A DNA stretch of 64,000 bases from IMG/VR virus record IMGVR_UViG_3300028902_000368; one strand, written 5' to 3'. The notes under the pieces are model-generated. The model was given only the letters and a program-made list of their open reading frames with translations, was not told the DNA's origin and searched no databases. Positions 18,103-28,426 of this stretch are shown one piece after another (the stretch's first letter is position 1; each line of letters begins with the position of its first letter). The stretch comes from a virus. Position numbers and translations under genes: made by a program.

Positions 18103-18726
18103 CTACGTCTTGTCGTTCTGCATCGCGACGATCGCCGCGACCACTTCATCTACGCTGCGCACCACGATCGAGGCTGCGCCCATGCGGCGCATCTTCTGCC
18201 GCCAGAGCTTCTGGCTGGTGCGCTCCGTCCCCTTCGGCGCCTTCGCCTCGACCGACAGGAAGCGGCCGAGGGGTGCTACCACGACGAAGATGTCCCCGCT
18301 CCCGGGGGCGCCGAAGCGCACGAATTTGCGGCGCGTCGTCGCCGTCGCAGGGGCCTTGAAGACCCCGGTGTTGTTCCGCCAGGCCGCGACCCCTGGCATC
18401 TGCTCGAGGCGGGCGAGGATGCTCTTGACGAGGTCCGTCTCCGGGCTCTTCTTGCGCCCCGTCAGCTTCTTGGTGACCCTCGCGGTGGGGGACTTCGTCT
18501 TCGGGAAGCGTGGGTTCGTGAGGCTGTGCTTGTGGGGCGGGAGGTACTGGTAGGCCCCGCGGAACGTCGCGATGTCCAGCTTCTCGGCACCGCCGCCGTT
18601 GGAGATCATCAGCACCACTTGGTCCTGCCGCTCCAAGTAGGAGACGATCTTGGCCGGCACCCCGGTGTCTCGATTCATCCACAACTGGCGGGGCTGGATG
18701 GCGTGCATGTCGAAGTTCGTTGTCAT
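18103..18726 (-). CDS. VRR-NUC / PD-(D/E)xK nuclease
   Basis: WRNNTG...RFGAPGSGDI...FLSVEAKAPKG...Q. Confidence 0.8.
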   Translation of the reverse strand: MTTNFDMHAIQPRQLWMNRDTGVPAKIVSYLERQDQVVLMISNGGGAEKLDIATFRGAYQYLPPHKHSLTNPRFPKTKSPTARVTKKLTGRKKSPETDLVKSILARLEQMPGVAAWRNNTGVFKAPATATTRRKFVRFGAPGSGDIFVVVAPLGRFLSVEAKAPKGTERTSQKLWRQKMRRMGAASIVVRSVDEVVAAIVAMQNDKT

Positions 18727-18824
18727 CGTGCCTCCACGACGACAGGCTCCTCGGACGCGCACATGCTCAGGCCCAGGCCGAGCGCCAGGACCACGATCAT
18801 CGCCTCGAGCACCCGTCCGATCAT
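18723..18824 (-). CDS. 33-aa hydrophobic peptide, not in the ORF track
   Basis: MIGRVLEAMIVVLALGLGLSMCASEEPVVVEAR; ATGA overlaps at both ends. Confidence 0.5.
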   Translation of the reverse strand: MIGRVLEAMIVVLALGLGLSMCASEEPVVVEAR

Positions 18825-19051
18825 CGGACCGGCACGCCTGGAGGAAGAGGGACCGACTTCGCGCCGCGCTTCCAGGTGTCGTTCATCTTGTCGAGCACCG
18901 TGCTGGCTTCGTGGGTCGACTTGAACTGCCGCGCGCGCTCGGGCAGAGTGGTAGCGTCACGCCCCGTTTCGGGCAGGTACCGGGTCTGTCGGGTGACCTC
19001 GTCGAAGATGCTGACGAGGTAGCGCTTGGGGCGGCGGAGGCCTGGCTTCAT
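18821..19051 (-). CDS. Hypothetical protein
   Basis: MKPGLRRPKRYLVSIF... Confidence 0.5.
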   Translation of the reverse strand: MKPGLRRPKRYLVSIFDEVTRQTRYLPETGRDATTLPERARQFKSTHEASTVLDKMNDTWKRGAKSVPLPPGVPVR

Positions 19052-19082
19052 CGTGCTGGCATTCTGCCTGGACCGTTTATGG

Positions 19083-19111
19083 TTGTCAACGACCCATGTT
19101 CGGACCATAAT
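19083..19111 (+). promoter_or_regulatory. Sigma70-like promoter of the replication operon with embedded motif
   Basis: TTGTCA-N17-CATAAT; motif (rc) ATGGTCCGAACATGGG at 19093-19108. Confidence 0.65.
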
Positions 19112-19133
19112 GAGCCCCGGAGGTTACCCGCGG

Positions 19134-20060
19134 ATGCACCAGAACCTGGTCGGTAGGCTGAACGCCGCCGCCGAAGACTTCAAGCTCTCCGACTTCTATC
19201 CCGGCCGCTGGATGGGCCCGCCGCGCGGCCCCTGGTTCACCGCCTTGTCAGGGACGCAGGTGCACCTGCTCGACCCGCAGCCCGACGAATTGATGCTGTC
19301 GGACATGGCGCACGGGCTCGCCGCCATCGCGCGGTTCGGCGGCCACGTCGGCTTGGACACCGAGCGCTATCGCCAGCGCGAGAACACCATCCTCTACACC
19401 GTCGCGCAGCACTCCGTGCTCGTGCTGTGGCTCGTCTTCCAGCTCTACGAATGCAAGCGCTGCAAGGCGCACGAGGCGAAAGCCGACTCTGTGGCGCGCA
19501 CCCTCTACTGGAACGAGCCGGAACACCTCTCGCTCCTCGAGCATGCCGTCCTCCACGACTCCCCGGAAGCGTGGCTCGGCGACAAGATCAGCCCGCTCAA
19601 GCAGCTCTTCCCCTTCTTCAAGATCATCGAGAACAACTTCTTCGCCTGCATCGTCGACAAGCGGAAGCTGCGCCCGCTGAACGACGAGGAGCGCATGACG
19701 CTCAAGTTCGCCGACCGCATCGCCCTCTCCATCGAGCGCGAGCTCTACTGCCCCAACCCTCCCCGCGGCGACGACCTCTCGCCGGAGGAGAACGTCACCC
19801 TGCCCGACTTCGCGGCCTCCTTCATCGAATGCGCCAGGCGTGCCCACTACTATGGCCGCAGCCGCGCTTGGTCGTTCGATCGAGCCAAGGAGGTGTTCCT
19901 CGACGCGGTCCACAACATCGCGGGTCGCCGCTGGGCCATCGAGGCCGCCGACGACCCCAACGACGAACTGCCGGGGCGCCTCGAGCTGCCGGGCGTTCCG
20001 GACTTCGACCAGTCGATGGACGAGTACATGGACGACATCAAGGAGATGCTGCTGACATGA
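19134..20060 (+). CDS. HD-domain 5'-deoxynucleotidase/dNTP phosphohydrolase (YfbR/DatZ-like)
   Basis: DMAHGLAAIARFGGH...YTVAQHSV...LHDSPEAWLGD. Confidence 0.85.
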   Translation: MHQNLVGRLNAAAEDFKLSDFYPGRWMGPPRGPWFTALSGTQVHLLDPQPDELMLSDMAHGLAAIARFGGHVGLDTERYRQRENTILYTVAQHSVLVLWLVFQLYECKRCKAHEAKADSVARTLYWNEPEHLSLLEHAVLHDSPEAWLGDKISPLKQLFPFFKIIENNFFACIVDKRKLRPLNDEERMTLKFADRIALSIERELYCPNPPRGDDLSPEENVTLPDFAASFIECARRAHYYGRSRAWSFDRAKEVFLDAVHNIAGRRWAIEAADDPNDELPGRLELPGVPDFDQSMDEYMDDIKEMLLT

Positions 20061-20395
20061 CCAAGGCCGAACGCGACGCCCAGCGGCTTGCCCGCTACGA
20101 GACCATCAAGGCCTACCTGGCCGCCAACGGGCCCACCGTCGTGCCCGAGCTGGCCCGCAAGCTCCGGACGGACCCCAACGTCATGCACCACGACCTCACC
20201 CGCATGGCGCGCGAGAACATGGTCGCCCGCCAGCTCGTGAAGTGGACCCCCCGCTACCGCCGGGGCGTCGTCATCTACTTCGCGCTCGGGGAGGATCCCA
20301 CCCGCATCGCGAGCCTCGTCGACAGCCTCGCCAAGGAAACCGCGTCGAGCGCCTTCATCGGCGGCTTCCGGCGCTCTTCCTCCACCGCAGCATGA
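20057..20395 (+). CDS. Winged-HTH protein
   Basis: IKAYLAANGPTVVPELARKL...VMHHDLTRM. Confidence 0.65.
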   Translation: MTKAERDAQRLARYETIKAYLAANGPTVVPELARKLRTDPNVMHHDLTRMARENMVARQLVKWTPRYRRGVVIYFALGEDPTRIASLVDSLAKETASSAFIGGFRRSSSTAA

Positions 20396-20628
20396 CCCTC
20401 GTCTACAACGATGGTGAGGTCAGCGATGGGGGCCACTGCTCCCGGCAGCTCTCGGACCCCACCAAGGCCCGGGAACGGTTCGCCCGCCTGCACCTGCCCG
20501 GCGTCTACGTCGACGACCGAGGCCACCTGATCTGCCTGCACCCGTCCCGCGCGGTCGCGGAGCACCTTGTCCTCGCCGCCATCCACATCATCCTGCTCGC
20601 CGACCTCGGAGACCCTCATGGACAGTGA
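20392..20628 (+). CDS. Hypothetical protein
   Basis: ATGA overlap. Confidence 0.55.
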   Translation: MTLVYNDGEVSDGGHCSRQLSDPTKARERFARLHLPGVYVDDRGHLICLHPSRAVAEHLVLAAIHIILLADLGDPHGQ

Positions 20629-21022
20629 CCCCAAGCGCATCAGCCTCAAGCAGGCCCAACTGTCGATCACGATGGACAACGCGGTCGACGTCCTGCGCCG
20701 CGTGCACATCATGAACAAGGAGGATCGCGTCCTTCACGACTACCTGATGCACTTCACGACCATCGCCGACGTGGGGTTCGCCGTTCTCATGACGTCGCCC
20801 GCTCTGGCGCGTCGCTTGGCCGCGGCGGGATTCAAGGTCCAGGCCCAGCTCACCTTCACCTTCGGCCAAGAGGCCCCCACCTTCGGACCGGTGCTCGATC
20901 CCGCGCAGGACGCTCCGTGGAGCGACGTCATGGCGCTGCCCGAGGCCAAGAAGGTGTGGGGGGACATGCCCCGCGACAACTTCAGTTGGCACTTCCGGAT
21001 TTCGTGGTCGGAGGAAGGCTGA
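20618..21022 (+). CDS. Hypothetical protein
   Basis: Overlaps neighbours; GC3-rich. Confidence 0.65.
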   Translation: MDSDPKRISLKQAQLSITMDNAVDVLRRVHIMNKEDRVLHDYLMHFTTIADVGFAVLMTSPALARRLAAAGFKVQAQLTFTFGQEAPTFGPVLDPAQDAPWSDVMALPEAKKVWGDMPRDNFSWHFRISWSEEG

Positions 21023-22236
21023 TGGGCACCACAACCATTGAGTGGACCGACGTCAGCTGGCCGCTCGCGAACGGCTGCCGGGTCGCGTCGCCAGGCTGCC
21101 TGAACTGCTACGCGGCGCGGCTCTCCGCCACGCGGCTCAAGCACCATCCCAAGTACAAGGACCTCGCCTGGCTCCCCGAGCGGAAGGGCTTGCAGACCGT
21201 GCGCGTCCCGCGCTGGACAGGTGAGGTCCGGATGGCCTGGGACGACCTGATGATGCCCCTGCGCCTGCGCAAGGCGAGCCGCATCTTCGTCGCCAACATG
21301 GGAGACCTCTTCTACGAGGAGTTCTCGCTGGACGACATCGACGCCGTCTTCGGCGTGATGCTCGCGTGCGCCACCCTCGACAACGTGCCCGCCCACACCT
21401 TCCAGGTCCTCACCAAGCGCGCGGGCTGGATGCGGGACTACCTGAGCGTCGAGCCCCACGTCCTCGTCGAGCGCTGGGCCAAGGCCGTCGACGGAAAGGT
21501 CATCGTCGGCGATGGCGACGTCTGCTTCTCCGAGTACGTCGCGGGCATCACCGGGCGCGCATGGAAGGACGGCGGCCTCGCGGCCAACCCCGACGAGAAG
21601 AACGTGCCCTTCTCCTACAGCAGGCTCTTCCACCCGCTCCCGAACCTCATGCTGGGCGTCAGCGTCGAGAACCAGGAGTGGGGCAACAAGCGCATCCTCG
21701 ACCTGCTCCAGACCCCCGCCGCCCAGCGGTACATCTCCTACGAACCCGCCCTCGGCCCCCTCGACCTCACCATGCTGAACGACGGCGCGTGGTGGGACCG
21801 CGAGGGCGCCGACCTCTACAACGCCCTCACCGGCACCGCCTACTGGCGCGACGGCGAGCACGGCCTCAGCGGAGGCCCGCGCCTCGACTGGGTCATCGTG
21901 GGCGGCGAGAGTGGCCCCGGCTCGCGCGGGTTCGACCTCCGATGGGCGCGCGCCATCCTCGACCAGTGCAAGCACGCCAAGGCGAGCCTCGAGCGGCGTG
22001 GCGAGGTCGGCCCCGCCCTGTTCATCAAGCAACTCGGGTCGTCGCCCCTCTGGGTGCCGGACATGCCCGAGGATCAGGACTGGTGGAAGTCGGGGAAGGT
22101 CGACAAGACCGGCGCGCCACGCTTCGCCGACAGGAAGGGCGCCGACCCCTCGGAGTGGCCCGAGGCGTTGCGGGTGCGCGAGTTCCCGCCTCGGCTGCAT
22201 GTCGGATGGGTCGGGTGGGAGGTGCGTCATGGCTGA
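21022..22236 (+). CDS. DUF5131 / phage Gp37-Gp68 family protein
   Basis: TTIEWTD...GCRVASPGCLNCYA, IFVANMGDLF, FQVLTKR, GVSVENQ, ISYEPALG and WVIVGGESG motifs. Confidence 0.9.
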   Translation: MGTTTIEWTDVSWPLANGCRVASPGCLNCYAARLSATRLKHHPKYKDLAWLPERKGLQTVRVPRWTGEVRMAWDDLMMPLRLRKASRIFVANMGDLFYEEFSLDDIDAVFGVMLACATLDNVPAHTFQVLTKRAGWMRDYLSVEPHVLVERWAKAVDGKVIVGDGDVCFSEYVAGITGRAWKDGGLAANPDEKNVPFSYSRLFHPLPNLMLGVSVENQEWGNKRILDLLQTPAAQRYISYEPALGPLDLTMLNDGAWWDREGADLYNALTGTAYWRDGEHGLSGGPRLDWVIVGGESGPGSRGFDLRWARAILDQCKHAKASLERRGEVGPALFIKQLGSSPLWVPDMPEDQDWWKSGKVDKTGAPRFADRKGADPSEWPEALRVREFPPRLHVGWVGWEVRHG

Positions 22237-22612
22237 ACGATGGGAGGTCGTTGCGAGACGACTCGCGAAGGCGGCGTCGCTCGACGGCCTGCTCGCGTGG
22301 TGGCCCTTCGAGGGACTCCGGCGTCTCGCCTTCCGTGCCGCAGACGCCGCTCACATCGTCCTGCACTCGCCCGCGAACACGGCGCTCGTCGCGGACTGCG
22401 TGGCGCTCTTGCGGAGGCGTCTCGACGATGGACACGGCGAGGACTGCGAAGTGACGCTCGTGATTCGTGAGAACGAGGCTGTGACCGAAGTTCATCTTCG
22501 GTGGTTCCGAGCGAAGTTCGGACACGACCCCGAGTGCGACTGCGGCTATGTCGCCGCAAAGGAAGCGCTCGAGGCCCTCGACGCATCGTTGCTCGCCGGA
22601 GGCTCCGAATGA
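22229..22612 (+). CDS. Hypothetical protein
   Basis: GGAGG RBS; overlap. Confidence 0.6.
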   Translation: MAERWEVVARRLAKAASLDGLLAWWPFEGLRRLAFRAADAAHIVLHSPANTALVADCVALLRRRLDDGHGEDCEVTLVIRENEAVTEVHLRWFRAKFGHDPECDCGYVAAKEALEALDASLLAGGSE

Positions 22613-22821
22613 CCGACAAGACCTACCCCGACGACCGCAGCCGCCATGGACACCTCGTCCACAACGCCGTCGCGTCCGGACGCGAGGTCAAGATCGTCGC
22701 GTACTTGGAAGGTGGCCACAACCCGATCATGTCGCGCGTGCTGTGCCGCACACCGCAGCAGGCCTTCACCATCGCGACGCTGTTGCAGGACGCCATGACG
22801 ACGGACGACGACAATGGCTGA
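22609..22821 (+). CDS. Hypothetical protein
   Basis: ATGA overlap. Confidence 0.55.
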   Translation: MTDKTYPDDRSRHGHLVHNAVASGREVKIVAYLEGGHNPIMSRVLCRTPQQAFTIATLLQDAMTTDDDNG

Positions 22822-23398
22822 CCCGAAGCGCAGTCGCTGGCAGACGGATCTCGAGCCCCACGAAGCGGAGATCGTTCGGGTCGCCCTTCGCTGGATGGTG
22901 AAGCGAGACGGCAGCAACGCTGCGGTCGGCCGTTGCCTGGGCAAGCACATCGGCAAGCCCAAGGGGCTGACCGGGCAGTCGATCGGCCTCGCCCTCACCT
23001 CCAACTCGCCGAGCCTCCACATGGCGAAGGCCGTGGCCTGCGAACTGAACGTCCCGTGGGCGCGGCTGTCGATGTGTGATCCCTACGTGCTCGAGCAAAG
23101 CCTCAACGCCTCGCCGATGACCTCTCCCACGGTGCTCGTCTTGGGGCTGGGAGCATCAAAGCCGTCTTCGCCTGAGGAGATTCTCCGTCTGGGCGACCGC
23201 CTGTATCCGCCGCCCGCGCCCGCCGCCCCACCGCAGTGGGAGTACCTGACCGTTCTTCTCGCTCACCTGGATCACGAGTCCTTGGACGAGTACGGGAAGG
23301 ACGGCTGGGAGGCTGTCTGTCCGCTCGACCCGTGGGGGCCAGGGCGCGCGCTGTTGTTCAAGCGACGCCTGCTGGCGAAGTCAGGGGATGGTGGATGA
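22814..23398 (+). CDS. Hypothetical protein with C-terminal DUF4177-like domain
   Basis: QWEYLTV...LDEYGKDGWEAV...LLFKR. Confidence 0.65.
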   Translation: MADPKRSRWQTDLEPHEAEIVRVALRWMVKRDGSNAAVGRCLGKHIGKPKGLTGQSIGLALTSNSPSLHMAKAVACELNVPWARLSMCDPYVLEQSLNASPMTSPTVLVLGLGASKPSSPEEILRLGDRLYPPPAPAAPPQWEYLTVLLAHLDHESLDEYGKDGWEAVCPLDPWGPGRALLFKRRLLAKSGDGG

Positions 23399-24264
23399 AA
23401 CCGTACACCCCACACGTAGCGCTGGTTGCCATGCTCCGAGCGTTGCAACACGAGAACCTGCGGCAGCGGCTCGCTCACAACCACGTCTCGAGTGAACACC
23501 TGACGTTCCGTGAGGCAGAACGCAGCGACCTCCTCCGGTTCGATGGCGTGATTGTCGTCGCCACGGTCGGTGGCCACACCGCCATCAACGCCGTCCGTCA
23601 GCGCTGCGACGACACCCAGCGTCCGTGCATCCTCGTCGACCACAAGGCCTCCGCGTGGCCTTGGGAACGGATCCGGTCGCTTCCCATCATCCGGAACCTG
23701 GACGCGCCCCGCCGAGACCGAGAGGAACCCCCCTTCTTGGCGGAGGATGCAGCGGCCATTCTTCCCAAGGGCATCGTCTCCTTCGGCGATTGCCTGCGCG
23801 CCGCTCGCGAGTCGAACAACCTCGACTACGACACCCTGGCCGAGCTGATGAGTCTCGCGCACGAGCCTGTCGCTGCTGTACGCCACTGCGCGTCGTGGGA
23901 GTCGGACAGCTCCTCGCCGACCCGTGAGGAGCACGCGCTCCTCTTGGAACTGTTCCCCGCGCTCAAGTTCGCACCCCTCCCTGCCTGGCCTGTCGCGACC
24001 GACGATGGGCTCGAGGGCAACGAGTGGGTCACCGCTTCGCTGACCATCGCACGCCCCTCTTCTTCGCTCGACACCCCCGAACCCGAGGTCCCCATGCCTG
24101 CTCCTCAGCTCGACAAGAGCGACGTCATCAAGCTCGCGACCCTCACCGCCACCGCCCGCAGTACCCTTCCTGATGGCGTCCGGGACCTGCTCCTGACAGC
24201 CCAGCGGCTCAACTTCACCCTCCAAGACGTCCTCGACCTTCTCGCCATCCAGGAGCCTTCGTGA
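23395..24264 (+). CDS. Protein with DUF2325-like N-terminus and XRE-like HTH
   Basis: DGVIVVATVGGH..AINAVR and SFGDCLRAARESNNLDYDTLAELM. Confidence 0.55.
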   Translation: MKPYTPHVALVAMLRALQHENLRQRLAHNHVSSEHLTFREAERSDLLRFDGVIVVATVGGHTAINAVRQRCDDTQRPCILVDHKASAWPWERIRSLPIIRNLDAPRRDREEPPFLAEDAAAILPKGIVSFGDCLRAARESNNLDYDTLAELMSLAHEPVAAVRHCASWESDSSSPTREEHALLLELFPALKFAPLPAWPVATDDGLEGNEWVTASLTIARPSSSLDTPEPEVPMPAPQLDKSDVIKLATLTATARSTLPDGVRDLLLTAQRLNFTLQDVLDLLAIQEPS

Positions 24265-25151
24265 TGCAGACGCAGCCCCAACCTCCCATCGCCAACCTGC
24301 TGCCCGACAAGACTGCGAAGGGGGACGGCGGGCGCTCGGCCGTCTTCTCGGCCTGCGGCCGGTTCCGCTACCGGCTCGACATCCCCCTGAACACCCAGCA
24401 GAGCCTGTTCGCCTCCGAGCTCAAGGGCGGCCGCTGCACCTTCCTGATGCTCAACCCCTCCACGGCCGACCAGAACGTCAACGACCCCACCGTCCGACGG
24501 GTCGTCCAGTACGCCCGCGACTGGGGGTTCAGCGACGTCACCGTGATCAACCTCTTCGCCTACCGCAGCACCGACCCCGACAAGCTCCTCGAGCTGGGCC
24601 TGGCCAACAGTGTCGGCCCCAAGAACGACCGCTACATCCAAGACGTCGTCGCCAAGAGCAACCGGGTCGTCGTCGCCTGGGGGCGCACCTTCCAGCAGGA
24701 GGAAGTGTTCCGGGCTCGCGTCCGGGCGGTCCTGCGGCTGGTCGGCGAAGGGGCCGCCCCCGTCCTGACCCTCGGGCTCAACGACGACGGCAGCCCCAAG
24801 CACCCCCTCTACGTCGAGAAGTCCGTGCTCCCGCGCCCCTTCGACGCGAGCCGACAGATCCGCGTCGAGGAGCTGGACAGGCCCGAGAACTTCCACACCG
24901 TCACCGGCGACTACATGACCACCCCCGACGAGGCCATGGAACTCGCTCGCCCCAACCTCGTGCTCGGCGAGACCGGCGCCAACGCCTACCTTGAGTGCAA
25001 CGCCAAGGTCTTCAAGCTCACCCGCAAGACGAAGGGGAAGAAGGGCGACAAGAAGGTCGAGATCGAGATCCGTGGCACCTCCGGCAACGCCGCGCGCCGC
25101 AAGCGCGACGCCGAAGGCTTCTCCCCGATCACCATCAGTTGGACCCGATGA
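24261..25151 (+). CDS. DUF1643-family protein
   Basis: AVFSACGRFRYRL, FLMLNPSTAD, NLFAYRSTDP, VVVAWG and PKHPLY. Confidence 0.9.
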   Translation: MMQTQPQPPIANLLPDKTAKGDGGRSAVFSACGRFRYRLDIPLNTQQSLFASELKGGRCTFLMLNPSTADQNVNDPTVRRVVQYARDWGFSDVTVINLFAYRSTDPDKLLELGLANSVGPKNDRYIQDVVAKSNRVVVAWGRTFQQEEVFRARVRAVLRLVGEGAAPVLTLGLNDDGSPKHPLYVEKSVLPRPFDASRQIRVEELDRPENFHTVTGDYMTTPDEAMELARPNLVLGETGANAYLECNAKVFKLTRKTKGKKGDKKVEIEIRGTSGNAARRKRDAEGFSPITISWTR

Positions 25152-25486
25152 GCTACGTCGACCTGCGGACGTTGCACCGATGCCAAGAGTGTGGGCGGTC
25201 GTGCTCATGCAGCACCTACGCACAGCGTAGCTCGATGTCCGACGCGACCGCGGCCCACCTCATCGCCTCTCGCTCAAGACCCTCACTCCCGCTGTTACCC
25301 CCGTTTGTGCCGCCCAGCCCGGAGGCGACCCCCATCGTTGTCGCCGTGGAGGGCGCGCACCCCTACCGAGGCGACAGTCTCGTCACCACCACATCTCAGG
25401 TCGAGCAACTCACGCTCTGGGCTCGAGCCCGGCGCGCATGGCGGTCGCTCTTGCGGGGCAAGAACGTGCCGAAGAAGGAGGGGTGA
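25148..25486 (+). CDS. Hypothetical protein
   Basis: ATGA overlap; CQECG. Confidence 0.5.
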   Translation: MSYVDLRTLHRCQECGRSCSCSTYAQRSSMSDATAAHLIASRSRPSLPLLPPFVPPSPEATPIVVAVEGAHPYRGDSLVTTTSQVEQLTLWARARRAWRSLLRGKNVPKKEG

Positions 25487-25914
25487 TGCCCAGCAACGCG
25501 AAGTCCATCGTCCAGATCGCTGACGAGATGATCGCCGAGGTGCTCAAGCGACTCGTCCAGCAGCTCGAGCTGCCCGAGGGCAAGCGCGAGCCCGTCGTCC
25601 CCGTGTTCAACCACGCCTTCGGCATCCGCATCGGCCTGTCGATGGAGACCACCGGCCTCGCCCTCTTCGTCGCCCGCGTGTGGCCGCCACAACGCCCGGC
25701 GCTCCCAGAGGACCTCGACATCATCCGGCAGTTCGCCGAGGCCGTGAAGGCCCCGGAGGACGCGCTGATCAACCCCGTCTACCGGCCGAACGACCTGTTC
25801 ACCTACGCCTGGTACCCCAAGGAACTGCACCGCACCCAGGAGGCTGTCCGCACGGTGCTCCGCCAACTCGACGTCGTCCACAAGTCGTTCTCGCCCTCCA
25901 ACAACAACAACTGA
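25486..25914 (+). CDS. Hypothetical protein
   Basis: TGATG overlaps; AAGGAGG RBS. Confidence 0.7.
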   Translation: MPSNAKSIVQIADEMIAEVLKRLVQQLELPEGKREPVVPVFNHAFGIRIGLSMETTGLALFVARVWPPQRPALPEDLDIIRQFAEAVKAPEDALINPVYRPNDLFTYAWYPKELHRTQEAVRTVLRQLDVVHKSFSPSNNNN

Positions 25915-27431
25915 TGGCCGAGCCTCGCGATCCCAACCGTTTCAAGCCCCGCGTCCAAGCTGTCGACATCGCCGGGCGCGTCCCACCCCACAACAACGAC
26001 GCCGAGGCCGCGGTCATGTCCGCGATCCTCACCGAGGCCAAGGCGTTCGACCTCGTCGCCGAGGTCCTGCCGAACAGCGACCCGTTCTACATCGACGCCC
26101 ACCGCCGGATCTACGACGTCGCCTTGGAGCTCCATCGCGAGGGCGCCCCCGTCGACATCCAGACCGTCGCCGAGGTCCTGCGCCGCACCGACAAGCTCCA
26201 GGCCATCGGCGGCCTCGCCTACATGGCGCGCCTCGTGGACGCCACACCCGCGGTCGCCCACGTCGCCGCGCACGCCAAGATCATCCTCGACACGTACCGC
26301 ATCCGGCAGCTGATCGAGACGTGCCAGATGGTCGCGGCCGAGGGCTACGGCGACTACGGCAACGCCCAGGAGTTCATCGACGCCGCCGAGCAGCGCATCT
26401 ACAAGCTCGCGCACACCAAGGACCGCAACTCGCCCATCCTCGCCTACGACGCCATCAAGACGTCGTTCCAGCGCTACGAGGAGGCCGCCGCTCGAGGACG
26501 ACGGGTCACCGGCGTGCCCACCGGCTTCTACGAGCTGGACACGCTCACCAGCGGCATGCACGACGGCGAGTTGATCATCGTCGCCGCACGACCCGGCATG
26601 GGAAAGACCGCGTACGTCATGAACATGGCGCTCAACGTGGTGTCCCCGAAGATGATCCAGGATCCCGACGGGGAGGTGACGCCCGACCCGGACCAAGAGA
26701 CCTTCGGCTGCGTGGTGTTCTCCCTCGAGATGCCCACCCACCAGCTCTCCGACCGCGTCATGTGCAGCGAGGCGCGGGTCAACCTCAGCTCCTTTCGTGC
26801 GGGCATGGTGCAGGGCGATTCGTGGGATCGCCTCGTCGAGAGCGCCAACCGCGTCTCCCAGCTGCCGATCTGGTTCGACGACACGACCAGCCTCTCCGTG
26901 CTCGACATCCGCTCACGGGTCCGACGGATCCAGGCCGAGTACAACCGCCCGGACCCCGCGAAGGAGGGTCGGTTCACCCAGCGGATCGGCCTCATCGTCA
27001 TCGACTACATCCAGCTCATGGGGATCAGCGCCGGGAGCCGCGCGGGCAACCGGGAGCAGGAGATCGCGGAAATCTCCCGCGGGCTCAAGAACCTGGCCAA
27101 GGAACTCCGGGTCCCCGTCGTCGCGCTCTCCCAGCTGAACCGTTCGGTCGAGACTCGAGGCAAGGACAAGCGGCCCCAACTGGCGGACCTTCGCGAGAGC
27201 GGGGCCATCGAACAGGACGCCGACATGGTCCAGTTCATCTACCGCCCCGACTACTACATCCAGGACAAGCACTCCCCCGAGTCGCTGAAGGTCCGCGGCC
27301 TCGCCGAGGTCAACGTCGCGAAGCAGCGCAACGGGCCCACTGGTAGGGTGAGGCTCAAGTTCTTCGACGACTACGTCCGCTTCGACAACCCCGCCAAGGG
27401 CGAGACCCTCCCTGACAACTACGACGACTGA
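25914..27431 (+). CDS. dnaB: Replicative DNA helicase
   Basis: PPHNNDAEAAV N-terminus, AARPGMGKT, FSLEM, IVIDYIQLM, LSQLNR, DLRESGAIEQDAD and KQRNGPTG. Confidence 0.97.
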   Translation: MAEPRDPNRFKPRVQAVDIAGRVPPHNNDAEAAVMSAILTEAKAFDLVAEVLPNSDPFYIDAHRRIYDVALELHREGAPVDIQTVAEVLRRTDKLQAIGGLAYMARLVDATPAVAHVAAHAKIILDTYRIRQLIETCQMVAAEGYGDYGNAQEFIDAAEQRIYKLAHTKDRNSPILAYDAIKTSFQRYEEAAARGRRVTGVPTGFYELDTLTSGMHDGELIIVAARPGMGKTAYVMNMALNVVSPKMIQDPDGEVTPDPDQETFGCVVFSLEMPTHQLSDRVMCSEARVNLSSFRAGMVQGDSWDRLVESANRVSQLPIWFDDTTSLSVLDIRSRVRRIQAEYNRPDPAKEGRFTQRIGLIVIDYIQLMGISAGSRAGNREQEIAEISRGLKNLAKELRVPVVALSQLNRSVETRGKDKRPQLADLRESGAIEQDADMVQFIYRPDYYIQDKHSPESLKVRGLAEVNVAKQRNGPTGRVRLKFFDDYVRFDNPAKGETLPDNYDD

Positions 27432-27439
27432 GGCCGACC

Positions 27440-27892
27440 ATGCTGACCCTCCCCGAACGTCCGACCTGCCCCAACCATCCAGCCCAGCGCCCCACCAACG
27501 CTCGCAACGTGGCAAAGGGCAAGCGCGAGTACATCTGCGGCGTCTGCGGACGTGTTCTCGGGGATGCGCCCGACGAGGGGCAGGGGGAATGGGAACTCCA
27601 GACCATCGGTGGTCCCCCGGCCGCTCCCGTGGCGGCGCCGCCGATGCCGGAAGTCCTTGTGCCGCACCCCCACGTCACCCTGAATGCCGACGGGGTCCCG
27701 GTCATCAAGGACACCATCATCCCGGTCCATCGGCTCTGGGCGTGGCACCGCCAAGGGACTGCGACGGAGACCATGCTCCGGCGCTACCCGCAGCTCGGCC
27801 CGGCCCGCATCTTCGACGCCTTGGCGTTCGCCTACGACAACATGCCCCTCATCAACGCCAGCTTCCTCCGGGACCAGGCCAAGGGCGGCTGA
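27440..27892 (+). CDS. Zinc ribbon plus DUF433-domain protein
   Basis: YICGVCG; GVPVIKDTIIPVHRL...YPQLGPARIFDALAFAYDN. Confidence 0.7.
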   Translation: MLTLPERPTCPNHPAQRPTNARNVAKGKREYICGVCGRVLGDAPDEGQGEWELQTIGGPPAAPVAAPPMPEVLVPHPHVTLNADGVPVIKDTIIPVHRLWAWHRQGTATETMLRRYPQLGPARIFDALAFAYDNMPLINASFLRDQAKGG

Positions 27893-28371
27893 TGCGCATC
27901 GTCGTCCGCCGGGAGTGGGTCATCGAGAGCCCTGAGGCCTTTCGCCTGGCCACCCATGAGGAGACCAAGAACGGCGCCTACTGGCTCCGGAAGGAACAGT
28001 TCGCCCAGCGGATCTGCCTGTTCGAGGCCCCCCTCTGCAACCTCCACCCGGAGTGCTGGGACAGGGAGATGGGCAAGGCGTGCGTCCAGCACGAGCCCCA
28101 CAAGTACGAGGTCCGGATCTGGGTGCGGCGGGACGCGCGCAAGCGCTCGAGGGAGTGGGCCACCAGACTGAGCGGGCAGCTCGCCTGGACGCTCTTCGTG
28201 TTCGGGGAGTTCCTCTGCGAGCACGGGGCTCCTCCCCGGACCACCCCGATCCTCCACGTGCCTCCGTTCACGGTCTCCAGCTTGGGGGAACGGGTCATCA
28301 ACTTGGTCAGGGACGTGGGCGACGAGGGCTACGGCCGCCACGCCCAGACCATTCCCACCCCCGCCCGGTAG
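27892..28371 (+). CDS. Hypothetical protein
   Basis: TGATG overlap. Confidence 0.6.
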   Translation: MRIVVRREWVIESPEAFRLATHEETKNGAYWLRKEQFAQRICLFEAPLCNLHPECWDREMGKACVQHEPHKYEVRIWVRRDARKRSREWATRLSGQLAWTLFVFGEFLCEHGAPPRTTPILHVPPFTVSSLGERVINLVRDVGDEGYGRHAQTIPTPAR

Positions 28372-28426
28372 GACCGGTTCAACCCACCTTCGACACATGG
28401 CCCAGTCATGGGCTATACTGCGGCTC

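Noticed and set aside
18103-18726. VRR-NUC or HNH (35819-36415) as the effector of the repeat array
   Set aside because: Both are short, ordinary family members far from the array, with no RNA-binding extensions.
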